A stretch of DNA of 64,000 nt from an uncultured bacterium (GTDB lineage: Bacteria; Oederibacteriota; PGYV01; CAWJRG01). Location: NCBI GenBank assembly GCA_963845185.1, contig CAWJRG010000010.1, positions 512,001-576,000 of the forward strand. The letters run 5' to 3'. The notes beneath the pieces are model-generated. The model saw only the letters and a program-made list of their open reading frames with translations. It searched no databases and was not told the origin of the DNA. Position numbers and translations under genes: made by a program. Positions 1-9,601 of the stretch are shown in pieces; the stretch's first letter is position 1, and the number at the start of each line of letters is the position of its first letter.

Positions 1-1102
1 CTGAAAACGTCGGCGTTGCCGTAAGTGTAACCGTTAATGTGGGTGTGTCCGTAAAAGTGTAGGTGGGCGTATCTGTCTGCGTGACTGTATAAGTCGCCTG
101 AAAAAGGTCTGTTTCATTTGACGATGTTTCTGTTATCCCGTCGGCTGAGCCGTACGCCACATTTGCAAGCTGTCCTGTAAACGGCTGGGTGACGACCGCC
201 TGGAAACAGACCTGCAGCGGAGTTCCCCTGTCAATCTGGCTGTAATTCCATACAATTTCGTTGCCTACTACCGTACCGCCGTTTAAACTCCCGGTAACAG
301 GCGCAAGCTGGGGCGGCAGCGGGTCACGTAAAACGAAATTATTCATGGTCGCGACTGCCTGGCCTAGTATCTGAAGGAAAACGTCCCAGCCGCTGGCAGG
401 TGTGCTGTAATCAAGCCAGATTCCTCCGGCGAGCGGCGGCAGGTATATAGGATTGCATTTTTCGTAAAGGTCGCCTGTCCCGTACCTTGATGGGTTAAAA
501 GTAATGGCGTGTATTATTACGCCCTGGGAATAAAGGTCGGTCGCCGTCAGGCTCAAAGACAGCGGGTCACCGTCGGCCTCGGAACAGGGTATGGCCTCGT
601 CTGTAATCAGTATCATTGTCTTTGACGCATTCTGCCGCCACGGGAATGTATTCGCCACATACAGGGCCTCGAGGTCCTGTTCTATGCCGCCTGCACACGG
701 TATTCCAGCCAGCCAGCTTTCAAATTTACTGTCGGTTTCTGCGAAACCGTAGGAATCGTAATTGCCGTCGACAAAAGTCTCTAGCCCGTTCCTGTAGTCA
801 ATGTGCCTGCCTGAGAGCTCCTGGGTAAAATAATCAAGGTTTGCTATGATGTTATTTATGCCATAATTCATTGACCCGCTGCGGTCTATTACCCATATAA
901 TATCCGCCTGTGGTGTAACATACTGGGGGTTTACTGTAATGCAGTAATTAACAGTGTCTCCTACTGAAACAACATCTTTATCCTGGCTTTTCACAAGCGT
1001 GAGCACGCCTGAATAAAGGCTGCCTGTTATCCCCAAAAAAACGGATAAAAAGCACAAAACTATAAAAAACTTCTTGGTTTTTTGAGTGTTAATGAATTTC
1101 AA
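1..1102 (-). CDS. Secreted surface protein with DUF11-like Ig domain, inserted vWA domain and Thr/Pro linker (runs off the window start)
   Basis: Not in ORF track. Manual translation from TTG at 1102: MKFINTQKTKKFFIVLCFLSVFLGITGSLYS-GVLTLVKSQDKDVVSVGDTVNYCITV...DIIWVIDRSGSM (MIDAS DxSxS)...FVLRDPLPPQL...LANVAYG...TFTDTPTLTVTLTATPTFS. Confidence 0.8.
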   Translation of the reverse strand, partial: MKFINTQKTKKFFIVLCFLSVFLGITGSLYSGVLTLVKSQDKDVVSVGDTVNYCITVNPQYVTPQADIIWVIDRSGSMNYGINNIIANLDYFTQELSGRHIDYRNGLETFVDGNYDSYGFAETDSKFESWLAGIPCAGGIEQDLEALYVANTFPWRQNASKTMILITDEAIPCSEADGDPLSLSLTATDLYSQGVIIHAITFNPSRYGTGDLYEKCNPIYLPPLAGGIWLDYSTPASGWDVFLQILGQAVATMNNFVLRDPLPPQLAPVTGSLNGGTVVGNEIVWNYSQIDRGTPLQVCFQAVVTQPFTGQLANVAYGSADGITETSSNETDLFQATYTVTQTDTPTYTFTDTPTLTVTLTATPTFS

Positions 1103-1308
1103 TTAATTATCCCTTTGTTCCAGTGGAATCCCGCCGACTGAAGTTGGGGGATTTCTTTCTGGATTTAATCGTTTTTAATTCATTACATCTTTATAAGTTT
1201 ACATAATAATTAACGCAAAATCAAGTTATAATTTGAAGTGCTATTTTGTTGGGTTATATTAAGAAAAACTGCATTTTAAGCAGTTTAAGAACCTGTCAAT
1301 GCTTAGTA

Positions 1309-1809
1309 CTATAACCAGTATTCAAACCCTGCTTTTATGGTGATGTATGATGGTATTACAATGTCCAGGCCTTCGTCTTTTTCAGCTTTATCTGTGATTG
1401 TTTTATAAAACCACATATAACCTAACTCTGCAAAAATAGAAAGCCTGTCTCCCAGTCCTATATGCACGCCGGCCTGGGGTTCGGCAAATGATAACATGAT
1501 TGCGTGGTCACGGTCTGCATCCATATCTGCTGCGATAAATGTATTGCCCAAACCAGCATAATACAAATCCGTTATGTTGTAATGCAAATCCACTGAAGCT
1601 TCTGTTAGCCACGCCGGTGTTAAGAGGCGACCTCCGGCATCCACGGATATAGTCAATCGTCTGTTGAATACGAGATGGTTATATCCCAACAACCAAACGT
1701 TATATCCTGGAAATTCCGCCTGCACGAAAATCGAGTGGTCGTAAGCAATGCATTTAGCCGCCACGGCAATCAAGAAAAAAATCAGCATAATTTTTGTTTT
1801 CTTTCCCAT
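1309..1809 (-). CDS. Small secreted protein, probable outer-membrane beta-barrel
   Basis: Signal peptide, amphipathic strands, C-terminal AGFEYWL resembling a beta-signal. Confidence 0.55.
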   Translation of the reverse strand: MGKKTKIMLIFFLIAVAAKCIAYDHSIFVQAEFPGYNVWLLGYNHLVFNRRLTISVDAGGRLLTPAWLTEASVDLHYNITDLYYAGLGNTFIAADMDADRDHAIMLSFAEPQAGVHIGLGDRLSIFAELGYMWFYKTITDKAEKDEGLDIVIPSYITIKAGFEYWL

Positions 1810-1811
1810 AG

Positions 1812-2045
1812 TTATTCGCCGTTATTTCCTATTGAGGTACTCGGGCAGGATTCCATTGCCTCCGCGCACAGCTTTTCCTCCTGCGCATTTTCCGGCTGTT
1901 CATAAACATATGCGTGCGTATCGTCCCCGCTCATTTTAAAATTCGCCTGAGCTGTAACTACGCACAGTTCGCAGGCAATACACTGGTCGTCCACGTAATA
2001 TTTTCCTTTCACGTTGTCCGGTAATTTTGAATTTACGTTTGGCAT
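1812..2045 (-). CDS. Ferredoxin (single cluster)
   Basis: YYVDDQCIACELC...CPSTSI. Confidence 0.9.
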   Translation of the reverse strand: MPNVNSKLPDNVKGKYYVDDQCIACELCVVTAQANFKMSGDDTHAYVYEQPENAQEEKLCAEAMESCPSTSIGNNGE

Positions 2046-2117
2046 CTTTCTTTCTCCTGTTTAAATTTGTTTTAAGCCGTTGCTTGCTTGTTGCCAGTAA
2101 TTTTTTTCAGTAAATAT

Positions 2118-2969
2118 TTACTGAAACTTCACGAGTTGTATGCTGATGTCCCAGAGTCTTTTCGCGATTTCCTGATTCATTGATTCTTTTGAAGGCTTTG
2201 CTTCTTTACAATTAACGAAATATTTCCCCGTAACACCCTCAACTTCCGGTGACGAAGCCAGATATATTGATGTCCGCGCTCCCTTTTCCGGCGATACCAT
2301 GGCAAACGCGAAGGCCCTGTAAAAAAAACTTATTAAAGCTCCGCCGCCGCTGCCAAAATTCGTGGCCACTACCCCGGGATGCAGGCAGTTTGAAGTCACT
2401 TGCGTGCCTTGTAATCTTTTTGCCAACTCAGATGTAAAAAGCACGTTTGCGAGTTTTGACATGCCATACGCGCCCATCATACTGTATCTTTTTTCTGACT
2501 GAAGGTCGTCAAAATTTATATGACCTGATAAATGCGCCATTGAAGAAACCGTAACCACGCGCGAAGGCGCGCTTGATTTTAAAAGCGGTAGCAGCATGTT
2601 TGTGAGTAAAAACGGCGCGAGGTGGTTTACCCCAAAAGTGGTCTCAAAACCGTCCTTTGTAAGCGTACGCTTTCCAACCACGCCGCCTGCGTTGTTAACA
2701 AGCACATGGAGCTCCCTGTATTTAGCCAGTATTTCATTTGCCGCGGTTCTAACAGACTCAAGAGACGAAAAATCCACAATAATAAGCTTTATATTTTCAT
2801 TACCGCTTCTTTTTTTTATAGTTCCCATGGCTTCAAGCCCTTTTTGCTCGTTCCTGCACATCATAATAATTTCAGCGCCTTTTCCAGCGAGCCCAACGTA
2901 TGTCTCAAATCCTATGCCCGAGTTGGCGCCTGTGACTATTACTGTCTTTTCTTTCATTTCATCTGTCAT
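2118..2969 (-). CDS. SDR oxidoreductase (retinol dehydrogenase-like)
   Basis: TGANSGIG, NNAG, YGMSK, LHPGVVAT. Confidence 0.93.
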   Translation of the reverse strand: MTDEMKEKTVIVTGANSGIGFETYVGLAGKGAEIIMMCRNEQKGLEAMGTIKKRSGNENIKLIIVDFSSLESVRTAANEILAKYRELHVLVNNAGGVVGKRTLTKDGFETTFGVNHLAPFLLTNMLLPLLKSSAPSRVVTVSSMAHLSGHINFDDLQSEKRYSMMGAYGMSKLANVLFTSELAKRLQGTQVTSNCLHPGVVATNFGSGGGALISFFYRAFAFAMVSPEKGARTSIYLASSPEVEGVTGKYFVNCKEAKPSKESMNQEIAKRLWDISIQLVKFQ

Positions 2970-3289
2970 ATTTTCTCCTTTGTTAAAGCTTATTTAGCAA
3001 GCCGTAAAAAGGCGAAGCTAAATATTGCTTTTTGCTTGCTTCCATTCAAGTATAAAACTTGCAATGGACATATTATTTATACGTAATAAACTTATATATT
3101 GAAGGGTTTAAAATTTCAATCTTAAGATTCTGCTTTTTATTGACTTTTTTACGGAATTATTTTTATACGGACAGGCGTATTAAGACACAGCCTATAAACA
3201 AGAGCTGCTTGCGTGAAAGCGTTAATAATGGAATTTTGGGGAATATGCACAATTAAGGAAGCGTTTTTCCGGTTTTGGATATAATCCGT

Positions 3290-3811
3290 CTAATTTAAAA
3301 AATTTTTTAATAAAAGCTGTAAAGCTTTCTCCTTCATTGTTGAAAGGAAATTTTTTGCAAGTTGTTCTTCGAGTTTACCTTTTGAAACGCACACCAGGTT
3401 CATGCTTGTTGCCAGTATAGCCATGGTATCGGAAAGTTCAGGCACAATATCAGCCCTGATATTTATTTCATTATCGGTTACCCCCAGGACAAAAGTCACT
3501 TTTACCTTGGTTCCTTCGTTTTTTATTACAGGCATGCCCATGGCAGTGCCGCAGTCACAGCTTTCGGGCCCAAGGTTCATTTCAACAGGAACTGTTGTGA
3601 GCGTCCCTGCCTGCTCGTCACTGCTGTCTATTTTATAGCCAAGCATCGGCAGTATTTTTTGTGTGGCTTTCATTAACATCACCGCATTTCCCGGCACTGA
3701 CTGCCTGTAAAGCGTGACCGGGATTGTAGGCTTGATATAAGCTGATGAACAGGAACCCAGAATAAAAAACGCCGTAATTAAACCGGTAAACACTATAATT
3801 TTTCTTTTCAC
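3290..3811 (-). CDS. Hypothetical lipoprotein
   Basis: Lipobox LGSC after a hydrophobic stretch; CDCG motif; overlaps the upstream gene by 4 bp. Confidence 0.7.
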   Translation of the reverse strand: MKRKIIVFTGLITAFFILGSCSSAYIKPTIPVTLYRQSVPGNAVMLMKATQKILPMLGYKIDSSDEQAGTLTTVPVEMNLGPESCDCGTAMGMPVIKNEGTKVKVTFVLGVTDNEINIRADIVPELSDTMAILATSMNLVCVSKGKLEEQLAKNFLSTMKEKALQLLLKNFLN

Positions 3812-5259
3812 TTTTGCCTCCCTATAGTAATTTCAGTCGCCGCTGCAAACCCGTTGTTTGCAGCGATCGCCTCAAGCCTAACATATCGCCCTGCTACAGG
3901 GCCGAATGTTGCAACTTTCATGCTTGAATCAGCAGCCCATTTGCCTGATGCTGCCTTGATAAATTTTGAGCCATCCCCGCTTACATATATTACATAAGAC
4001 GTTATTGCTCCTTCTGATGTGGGCGTGGCGTTTACTATATATTTCGGCACATAACAAAGCATGCCGATGTCCGGGTATACCTGGCCAAGGTCAAGCGTTA
4101 TTGACTGCGGCAATTTCTTGTCCGATTCCCATGCCGTATAATAACCAGCGTCGTTTATGCCGTCAATGGCCAAAGCTGCATCGCCGCTTGTGGCTTCAGC
4201 GCTCTGCACTGCAATAGGAAATTCGTTTTGTAGCGGCTGTTTAGGCAAAGGCTTGCGTTTAAGGTTTGGTTTCCATTTCTTTCCTACTTCAGCAAGCCTG
4301 TCCACTATTTTGGAATCAAGCAGACCCTGCCTGTTCGGCGGGCAGTTTAAAATAAAAACGGTATAACGTTCCTCCAGCGGTTTTAAATGCTTTTCAACAA
4401 TGTCGTCAAGGCTCATTGGGTTTTCTTTTTCTGTTTGTTCGCCCCAAAACCAGTCATTGCCGCTGATAATTTTATTATCCTGCGCTGCCGCAAGCTTGTT
4501 GCCTGCTGGCGAGAAAACCCCTTTTGGCTCCTCAAATACAAAAATATCGTTGTCCCACTGGCACTGCAGATGAGTGTGGTCTATTATAAGGCAGTCGGGC
4601 TGAAGCGATTTTATATATGCCCTTATCTCCGCGTAAGGCATTGCCTTGTGCCCCATTTTCCACGACCAGCCGTCTAATATCAGGACAGGTATAGGCCCGT
4701 AATTTGTAAGCAGTTCTCTTAGCTGGGCTTTTACATAGTCAATGTCATCCCGGGTTATCGGTTTGTTGCCTATGCCTTTTGTGTTATCCCATATGGAATA
4801 GTAAAGCCCTGGCAGCAGGCCTTTTGCCCTGAAAGCTTCCACATATTCTCGTACAACGTCGCCTTTACCGTTTTTCCACGGTATGCTTTTAACGCTAAAA
4901 TCGCTTGTCTCTGTCTGCCACAGCGCGAAACCGTCGTGGTGCTTTGTCGTGAGCACGCCGAAAGTCATGCCTGCTGATTTTGCCGCGTCTGCCCACTGGC
5001 CCGGGTTTAATTTTTCCGGATTGAATTTTGTAATATCCAGGTTTCTCTGCGACCATACGCCTGTGTAAGTCAATATGCCGAAATGAATGAACATGCCAAA
5101 ACGTAAATCAACAAAATCCCTCTGTAATTCCTCAAGGCTTTTTCCCGAAGATTTAATTTTTGTGTCTGCTTTTGTTTCCTGTTTCACAACCTCGCCTCCT
5201 GCGCATAATAATAAACCAAGAAGAAAAATTATAACTGTTATTGAAATAGCTTTTTTCAT
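3808..5259 (-). CDS. Alpha-L-fucosidase GH29 with C-terminal F5/8 (CBM32) domain
   Basis: RFGMFIHFG, LTTKHHDGFALW, GLYYS, LDG; C-terminal AIDG...ITLDLG...RYVRL. Confidence 0.9.
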   Translation of the reverse strand: MKKAISITVIIFLLGLLLCAGGEVVKQETKADTKIKSSGKSLEELQRDFVDLRFGMFIHFGILTYTGVWSQRNLDITKFNPEKLNPGQWADAAKSAGMTFGVLTTKHHDGFALWQTETSDFSVKSIPWKNGKGDVVREYVEAFRAKGLLPGLYYSIWDNTKGIGNKPITRDDIDYVKAQLRELLTNYGPIPVLILDGWSWKMGHKAMPYAEIRAYIKSLQPDCLIIDHTHLQCQWDNDIFVFEEPKGVFSPAGNKLAAAQDNKIISGNDWFWGEQTEKENPMSLDDIVEKHLKPLEERYTVFILNCPPNRQGLLDSKIVDRLAEVGKKWKPNLKRKPLPKQPLQNEFPIAVQSAEATSGDAALAIDGINDAGYYTAWESDKKLPQSITLDLGQVYPDIGMLCYVPKYIVNATPTSEGAITSYVIYVSGDGSKFIKAASGKWAADSSMKVATFGPVAGRYVRLEAIAANNGFAAATEITIGRQK

Positions 5260-5288
5260 GTCCTCTTCTCCCTGCTGTATTTTTTAAC

Positions 5289-5317
5289 GTAGAGATGCAG
5301 CAACGCTGCGTCTCTAC
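5289..5317. repeat. GTAG-type REP palindrome
   Basis: GTAGAGATGCAGC-AAC-GCTGCGTCTCTAC, intergenic. Confidence 0.85.
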
Positions 5318-5340
5318 AAATATAAATTCATTATAAAATT

Positions 5341-6054
5341 CTATAACTGCCCTGCAATATTACTCATTATTTTGTTCATAATTCTGTTTATTTCCTCAAA
5401 TCTTGCTTTTTGACTTAAAATTTCCTTTTCGTCCTGAACAAACTTGTTTTTAATAAGCTTTTTTGGCCTGATTTTAAAATTTTCCGTTATATAATTTAAC
5501 GAATATTCAAAATGAAACTGCACTCCCGCGGCTTTTTCTCCGTAGGTAAACGCCTGATTACTGCATGCTTTGCTAAAAGCAAGATTTTTGCATCCTTTTG
5601 GTATTTCAAAAGTATCGCCGTGCCAGTGAAATAGATTTAATTTTGTGGCAAGGCCTTTAAACAGCCATGATTTTTTCCCCGCTTTTTTAAGCCAGACCGG
5701 GTAAAACCCTATTTCTATATGCTTATTTTTCTTTACTTTTGCGCCCAAGCAGTCTGCCATTAATTGCCCGCCGAGGCAGATGCCCAGTATGGCTTTGTCC
5801 GCTTTGATCGATTTTTTAATAAATTCTTTTTCCCTTTTCAGCCACGGGTACTTGCCCTCTTCATTAACACCCATGGACCCGCCCATTATGATGAGCCAGT
5901 CAAATTCATTCAGTCCCGGCAGATTCTGGTTTTTGTATAAAAGGGTTTTGGTTATTTTGTATTTTCTTTTCTTAAGCCATCCTTCTATATTGCCGAGGTT
6001 TTCGCTTTTCACATGTTGCAGATAGTGGACTCTAATATTTTTCGAGTGCTTCAT
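5341..6054 (-). CDS. Type 1 glutamine amidotransferase
   Basis: GICLGGQL, HWHGDTF, QFHFE. Confidence 0.9.
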   Translation of the reverse strand: MKHSKNIRVHYLQHVKSENLGNIEGWLKKRKYKITKTLLYKNQNLPGLNEFDWLIIMGGSMGVNEEGKYPWLKREKEFIKKSIKADKAILGICLGGQLMADCLGAKVKKNKHIEIGFYPVWLKKAGKKSWLFKGLATKLNLFHWHGDTFEIPKGCKNLAFSKACSNQAFTYGEKAAGVQFHFEYSLNYITENFKIRPKKLIKNKFVQDEKEILSQKARFEEINRIMNKIMSNIAGQL

Positions 6055-6077
6055 TAAAGCATTGCTTCGGTTAAAAT

Positions 6078-6740
6078 CTATATATGAAGCGGGTCTTTCA
6101 ATCCCGCTTCTTTAAATCCTTTTGCCCTTAATTTGCACGCGGCACATTTTCCGCATCCCGGCCTTTTGCCTTTATAGCAGGTATGTGTGTATTTTATGTA
6201 TTCCAGTATTTTTAATTTTGCAGCCAGCTGGACAATTTGTTTTTTTGACTTTTTAACCAGCGGGGTATGGATTTTTATTTTATATTCCATGCCGAGTGAA
6301 AGCGATTTTGCCATTGATTTTATGAATTCAGCCCTGCAGTCCGGATAGCCGGAATAATCCACCTGTGATACGCCTATGACAATATCATGCATTTTTTTTG
6401 TATAAGCGAGTGCCGCCGCTGTTGTGAGAAACAATATGTTCCTTCCGGGGACAAAAGAAGCAGGAAGGTTTTTGTTTATTTTGTCTTTTTTATTTAAATT
6501 TATTTTTTTATCCATAAGGGCGCTGTTTTTTATATATTTATATTCACATATGTTAATTATGTGGTGTTTTATTCCCGCAATACCTGCTATTTTTTTCGCG
6601 CTTTTAAGCTCTATTTTGTGCTTTTGCCCGTAATCAAAACTTACTGCTTCAACCTTTTTAAATTTCTTTTTTGCCCAGAATAAAGCCGTGGTTGAATCCT
6701 GACCGCCGCTGAGCAAAACAATCGCCGGAATATTTTTCAT
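6078..6740 (-). CDS. queC: 7-cyano-7-deazaguanine synthase
   Basis: SGGQDSTT, FVPGRN, SGYPDCR, TCY...CGKCAAC. Confidence 0.96.
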   Translation of the reverse strand: MKNIPAIVLLSGGQDSTTALFWAKKKFKKVEAVSFDYGQKHKIELKSAKKIAGIAGIKHHIINICEYKYIKNSALMDKKINLNKKDKINKNLPASFVPGRNILFLTTAAALAYTKKMHDIVIGVSQVDYSGYPDCRAEFIKSMAKSLSLGMEYKIKIHTPLVKKSKKQIVQLAAKLKILEYIKYTHTCYKGKRPGCGKCAACKLRAKGFKEAGLKDPLHI

Positions 6741-6765
6741 TCTTCACCTCGCATCTTGCGCATAT

Positions 6766-7461
6766 TCATACAGCCCTTGCAATCGTAATTGCCCTTACTT
6801 CCTTGGCTCCTGCCTTGATAAGTACTTTCGCTATCTCGTTTATCGTGCTCCCGGTGGTGTAAACATCGTCCACGATAACAATATTTTTGCCTTCAACTGC
6901 GCTGATAAATCCGTCTTTTATGCTGAAAGCGCCTTTTAGGTTTCCAAGCCTTTTTTCCCGCTCAAGCGAACTCTGGCGCTCTGTTTCCCTTGTCTTAACT
7001 ACAATGTTATTTGCCGGAATTTTTAGCTTAAAAGATATATGTCTTGCTAATAATTCGGTCTGGTTGTATTCTCTTTCTGCCAGCGATTTTTTGCTTAAAG
7101 GCGCCGGCACTATCAAATCAATGCCGTTAAAAATATTCTTGTCGATTTTATCAAGCAGAGTTTCGGAAAGCAGCTTAAAAAGCTTCTTTTTCTTGTTGAA
7201 TTTAAAAAAATGTATCATTTCCTTTAAAGCGCCTTCATATGTTCCCGCAGCCCTTGTATAAGAAAAATAATTTTTGCGTTCAAAACATTCGCGGCATATT
7301 GCCGTGGCGTCAGTATCAAGCGGCTTTTCGCATATTCTGCAATGTGGTTTAGGCAGGCTTTTTATCTCGTTGTAACATTTCTCGCATACATATAAATAAG
7401 TGAAATCCTTGATATACCTTTTGCACGACGGGCATGCGCACGGGAAAAGCAGGCTTAACAA
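6766..7461 (-). CDS. comF: ComF family protein (double Zn ribbon plus PRTase); start uncertain
   Basis: CxxC motifs, REYNQ, VDDVYTTGST. Confidence 0.88.
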   Translation of the reverse strand: MLSLLFPCACPSCKRYIKDFTYLYVCEKCYNEIKSLPKPHCRICEKPLDTDATAICRECFERKNYFSYTRAAGTYEGALKEMIHFFKFNKKKKLFKLLSETLLDKIDKNIFNGIDLIVPAPLSKKSLAEREYNQTELLARHISFKLKIPANNIVVKTRETERQSSLEREKRLGNLKGAFSIKDGFISAVEGKNIVIVDDVYTTGSTINEIAKVLIKAGAKEVRAITIARAV

Positions 7462-7534
7462 TCCGTTCTTTAGTATTTTCCGGCAGGCATTAAAGCAATC
7501 CCCGGCTGCTTCCGCACCCCTGTAAAGATGTATA

Positions 7535-8560
7535 TTAAATGTCTTTAAAAAGCTTTTTATGGTCTTTCACCCATTCATAAAGCAGTTTTACGCCTTCCTG
7601 CGGCGAAATTTTCGGTTCCCAGCCCAACATTTCTTTTGCTTTATCTATATTGCATATAAAAACCGGCTGGTCTCCCGGCCTCCACTCCGAGTACACAAGG
7701 GGTATTTTCTTGCCGAAAAACTGTTCAAGGAAAGCAATAAGTTCCAAAAGCGACATTGTGTTTTTTGGCCCCCCGCCTATATTGAATGCCTGGCCTTTTA
7801 CTTTATCAATATTTTTTATTGCTGACTCGTAAGCGTCAACAAGGTCTTCTATGAAAAGCACGTCCCTTACCTGCTTGCCGTCGCCGTATATAGTAAGCTT
7901 CTTGTCCATCATGGTTGCTATGGTAAACCACGCCACCCATCCCTGGTCTTCTATGCCAAACTGCCTGTAGCCGTATATGCACGACTGCCTGAAAACAACC
8001 GTGCGTAAGCCGTAAATCCTGGAATAATCTATCATGTACTGGTCTGCCGTGCCTTTTGAGCAGCCGTAAGGCGAATGGAAATCAAGCAACCGGCCCTCGC
8101 TTATTCCGCCTGGCAGGTCTGCATATTCATACCTGTTGTTGTTCTCGACGATTTTGATATCTGTCATTCCGCCGTAGACTTTATTTGTTGAAGAAAAAAG
8201 TATTACCGGGTTTGCCTTATTTTCCCTTATTGCCTCAAGCACATTAAAAGCGCCCAGCGCGTTTATTTCAAAATCTTCCCTTGGATTTGTGACCGACGTG
8301 GTAACAGCCACCTGTGCCGCAAAATGAAAGACTGCGTCAAAATCTTTTTCCTTTTTAAACAGATTGTATAAATCCTTGTACTTTCTCACGTCCCCCTTGA
8401 TAAAGACCATGTTGTTGTGCCTTTTAAGCCATTTTAAGTTCCATTCCGTTCCCCTGCGCGAAAGATTGTCAAAAATATAAACCCTGTCCCCTCTTTTTAA
8501 AAATCTGTCAGCCACATTTGCGCCAATAAAACCTGCTCCGCCTGTCGCAAGAATTTTCAT
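7535..8560 (-). CDS. NDP-sugar epimerase, CDP-paratose 2-epimerase-like
   Basis: TGGAGFIG, HFAAQVAVTTS, SSTNKVYG, SPYGCSKG, EDQGWVAWF. Confidence 0.85.
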   Translation of the reverse strand: MKILATGGAGFIGANVADRFLKRGDRVYIFDNLSRRGTEWNLKWLKRHNNMVFIKGDVRKYKDLYNLFKKEKDFDAVFHFAAQVAVTTSVTNPREDFEINALGAFNVLEAIRENKANPVILFSSTNKVYGGMTDIKIVENNNRYEYADLPGGISEGRLLDFHSPYGCSKGTADQYMIDYSRIYGLRTVVFRQSCIYGYRQFGIEDQGWVAWFTIATMMDKKLTIYGDGKQVRDVLFIEDLVDAYESAIKNIDKVKGQAFNIGGGPKNTMSLLELIAFLEQFFGKKIPLVYSEWRPGDQPVFICNIDKAKEMLGWEPKISPQEGVKLLYEWVKDHKKLFKDI

Positions 8561-8566
8561 TGGAAT

Positions 8567-9416
8567 TTAACTCCTTTTAAACTTGTATTTTATATATCTT
8601 CTGATGGCGTCCCTCCAGCCCGGCATTTCATCGCAGTCCATCAGGTGCAGGTGATAATTAAGCAGTGCTGAAAAAACAGGCCTCTTGGCCGGCCTTTTCC
8701 ACTGGCTCTGGTTCATGACTTTAACCGTTGTCTGCTTTTTCATTATCTTGAAAATTTCCTCAATCATCTCTACGCGTGACGCGTAGCCTTTGTTTACCAT
8801 GTGAAATATTCCCGTCTGGTTCAGTGTCATGAGTTTCTTTATTCCGTTTGCCATGTCAAACGAATACGTTGGCGAGGATACCATGTCTTTTACGGCCACA
8901 ATCTCGTCATTTTTTAAAATGCCGTTCACGACGTAATCTACAAAATGTGCCCTCTTTTCGCCGAACATCCACGCCGTCCTTATTATAAGAAAATCGTTCA
9001 GTATCGTCTGTACAAACTCCTCGCCGGCAAGCTTTGACATGCCGTAGACATCTATCGGGTTTGGCTTGTCAAATTCCGTATATGGCGCTCCCTTGGTCCC
9101 GTCAAAAACATAGTCGGTGCTTATATGTATCATTTTAACTTTATTGTCGCGGCATGCTATTGCGATATTTTTCAGGTCCTATGGCGTTTACGAGGTATGA
9201 AACATCCTGCTCGGTCTCGCATTTATCCACATCGGTTAGCGCGGCTGCGTTTATTACAACATCCGGCGCGTAATCTGTTATGGCCCTGTGGACATCTCTG
9301 AAATTTGTTATATTAATATCGTTTATGTCGGTAGCTTTTATTTCGTATTCACCATCACAGACTTTTATAAGATCTGACCCGAGCAGCCCTGTCGAACCAA
9401 AAATAAATATTTTCAT
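8567..9416 (-). pseudogene. rfbD: dTDP-4-dehydrorhamnose reductase split by a +1 frameshift at about 9168-9172 (real lesion or assembly error)
   Basis: N-part GSTGLLG...NAAALTDVDKCE; C-part HISTDYVFDG, YGMSK. Removing one A from GAAAAATATC gives continuous GPENIAIACRDNKVKMIHIS. Confidence 0.88.
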
Positions 9417-9513
9417 TGTGTCTCCTTAGTCGATGTTTTTGAGACAAACCCGAAGGGTGCAGTCGAAAATCACATTGACTTACACCCGGTCAAGTCCGAG
9501 GCTTCAGCCGAGA

Positions 9514-9579
9514 GTTAAAAAGTCCTGCGGACTTTTTAACGGGTAGTTTCCATAAGTTATTATAATATAAAAGCTACCC
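9514..9579. repeat. Double-hairpin repeat element, copy 1
   Basis: GTTAAAAAGTCC-TGC-GGACTTTTTAAC followed by GGGTAG...CTACCC; homologous copies at 37915 and 61160. Confidence 0.85.
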
Positions 9580-9601
9580 TGAAGCCGTATTATATTAGTA
9601 G

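Noticed and set aside
6741..6765. preQ1 riboswitch upstream of queC
   Set aside because: Only 25 bp separate comF and queC, and no aptamer motif is visible.
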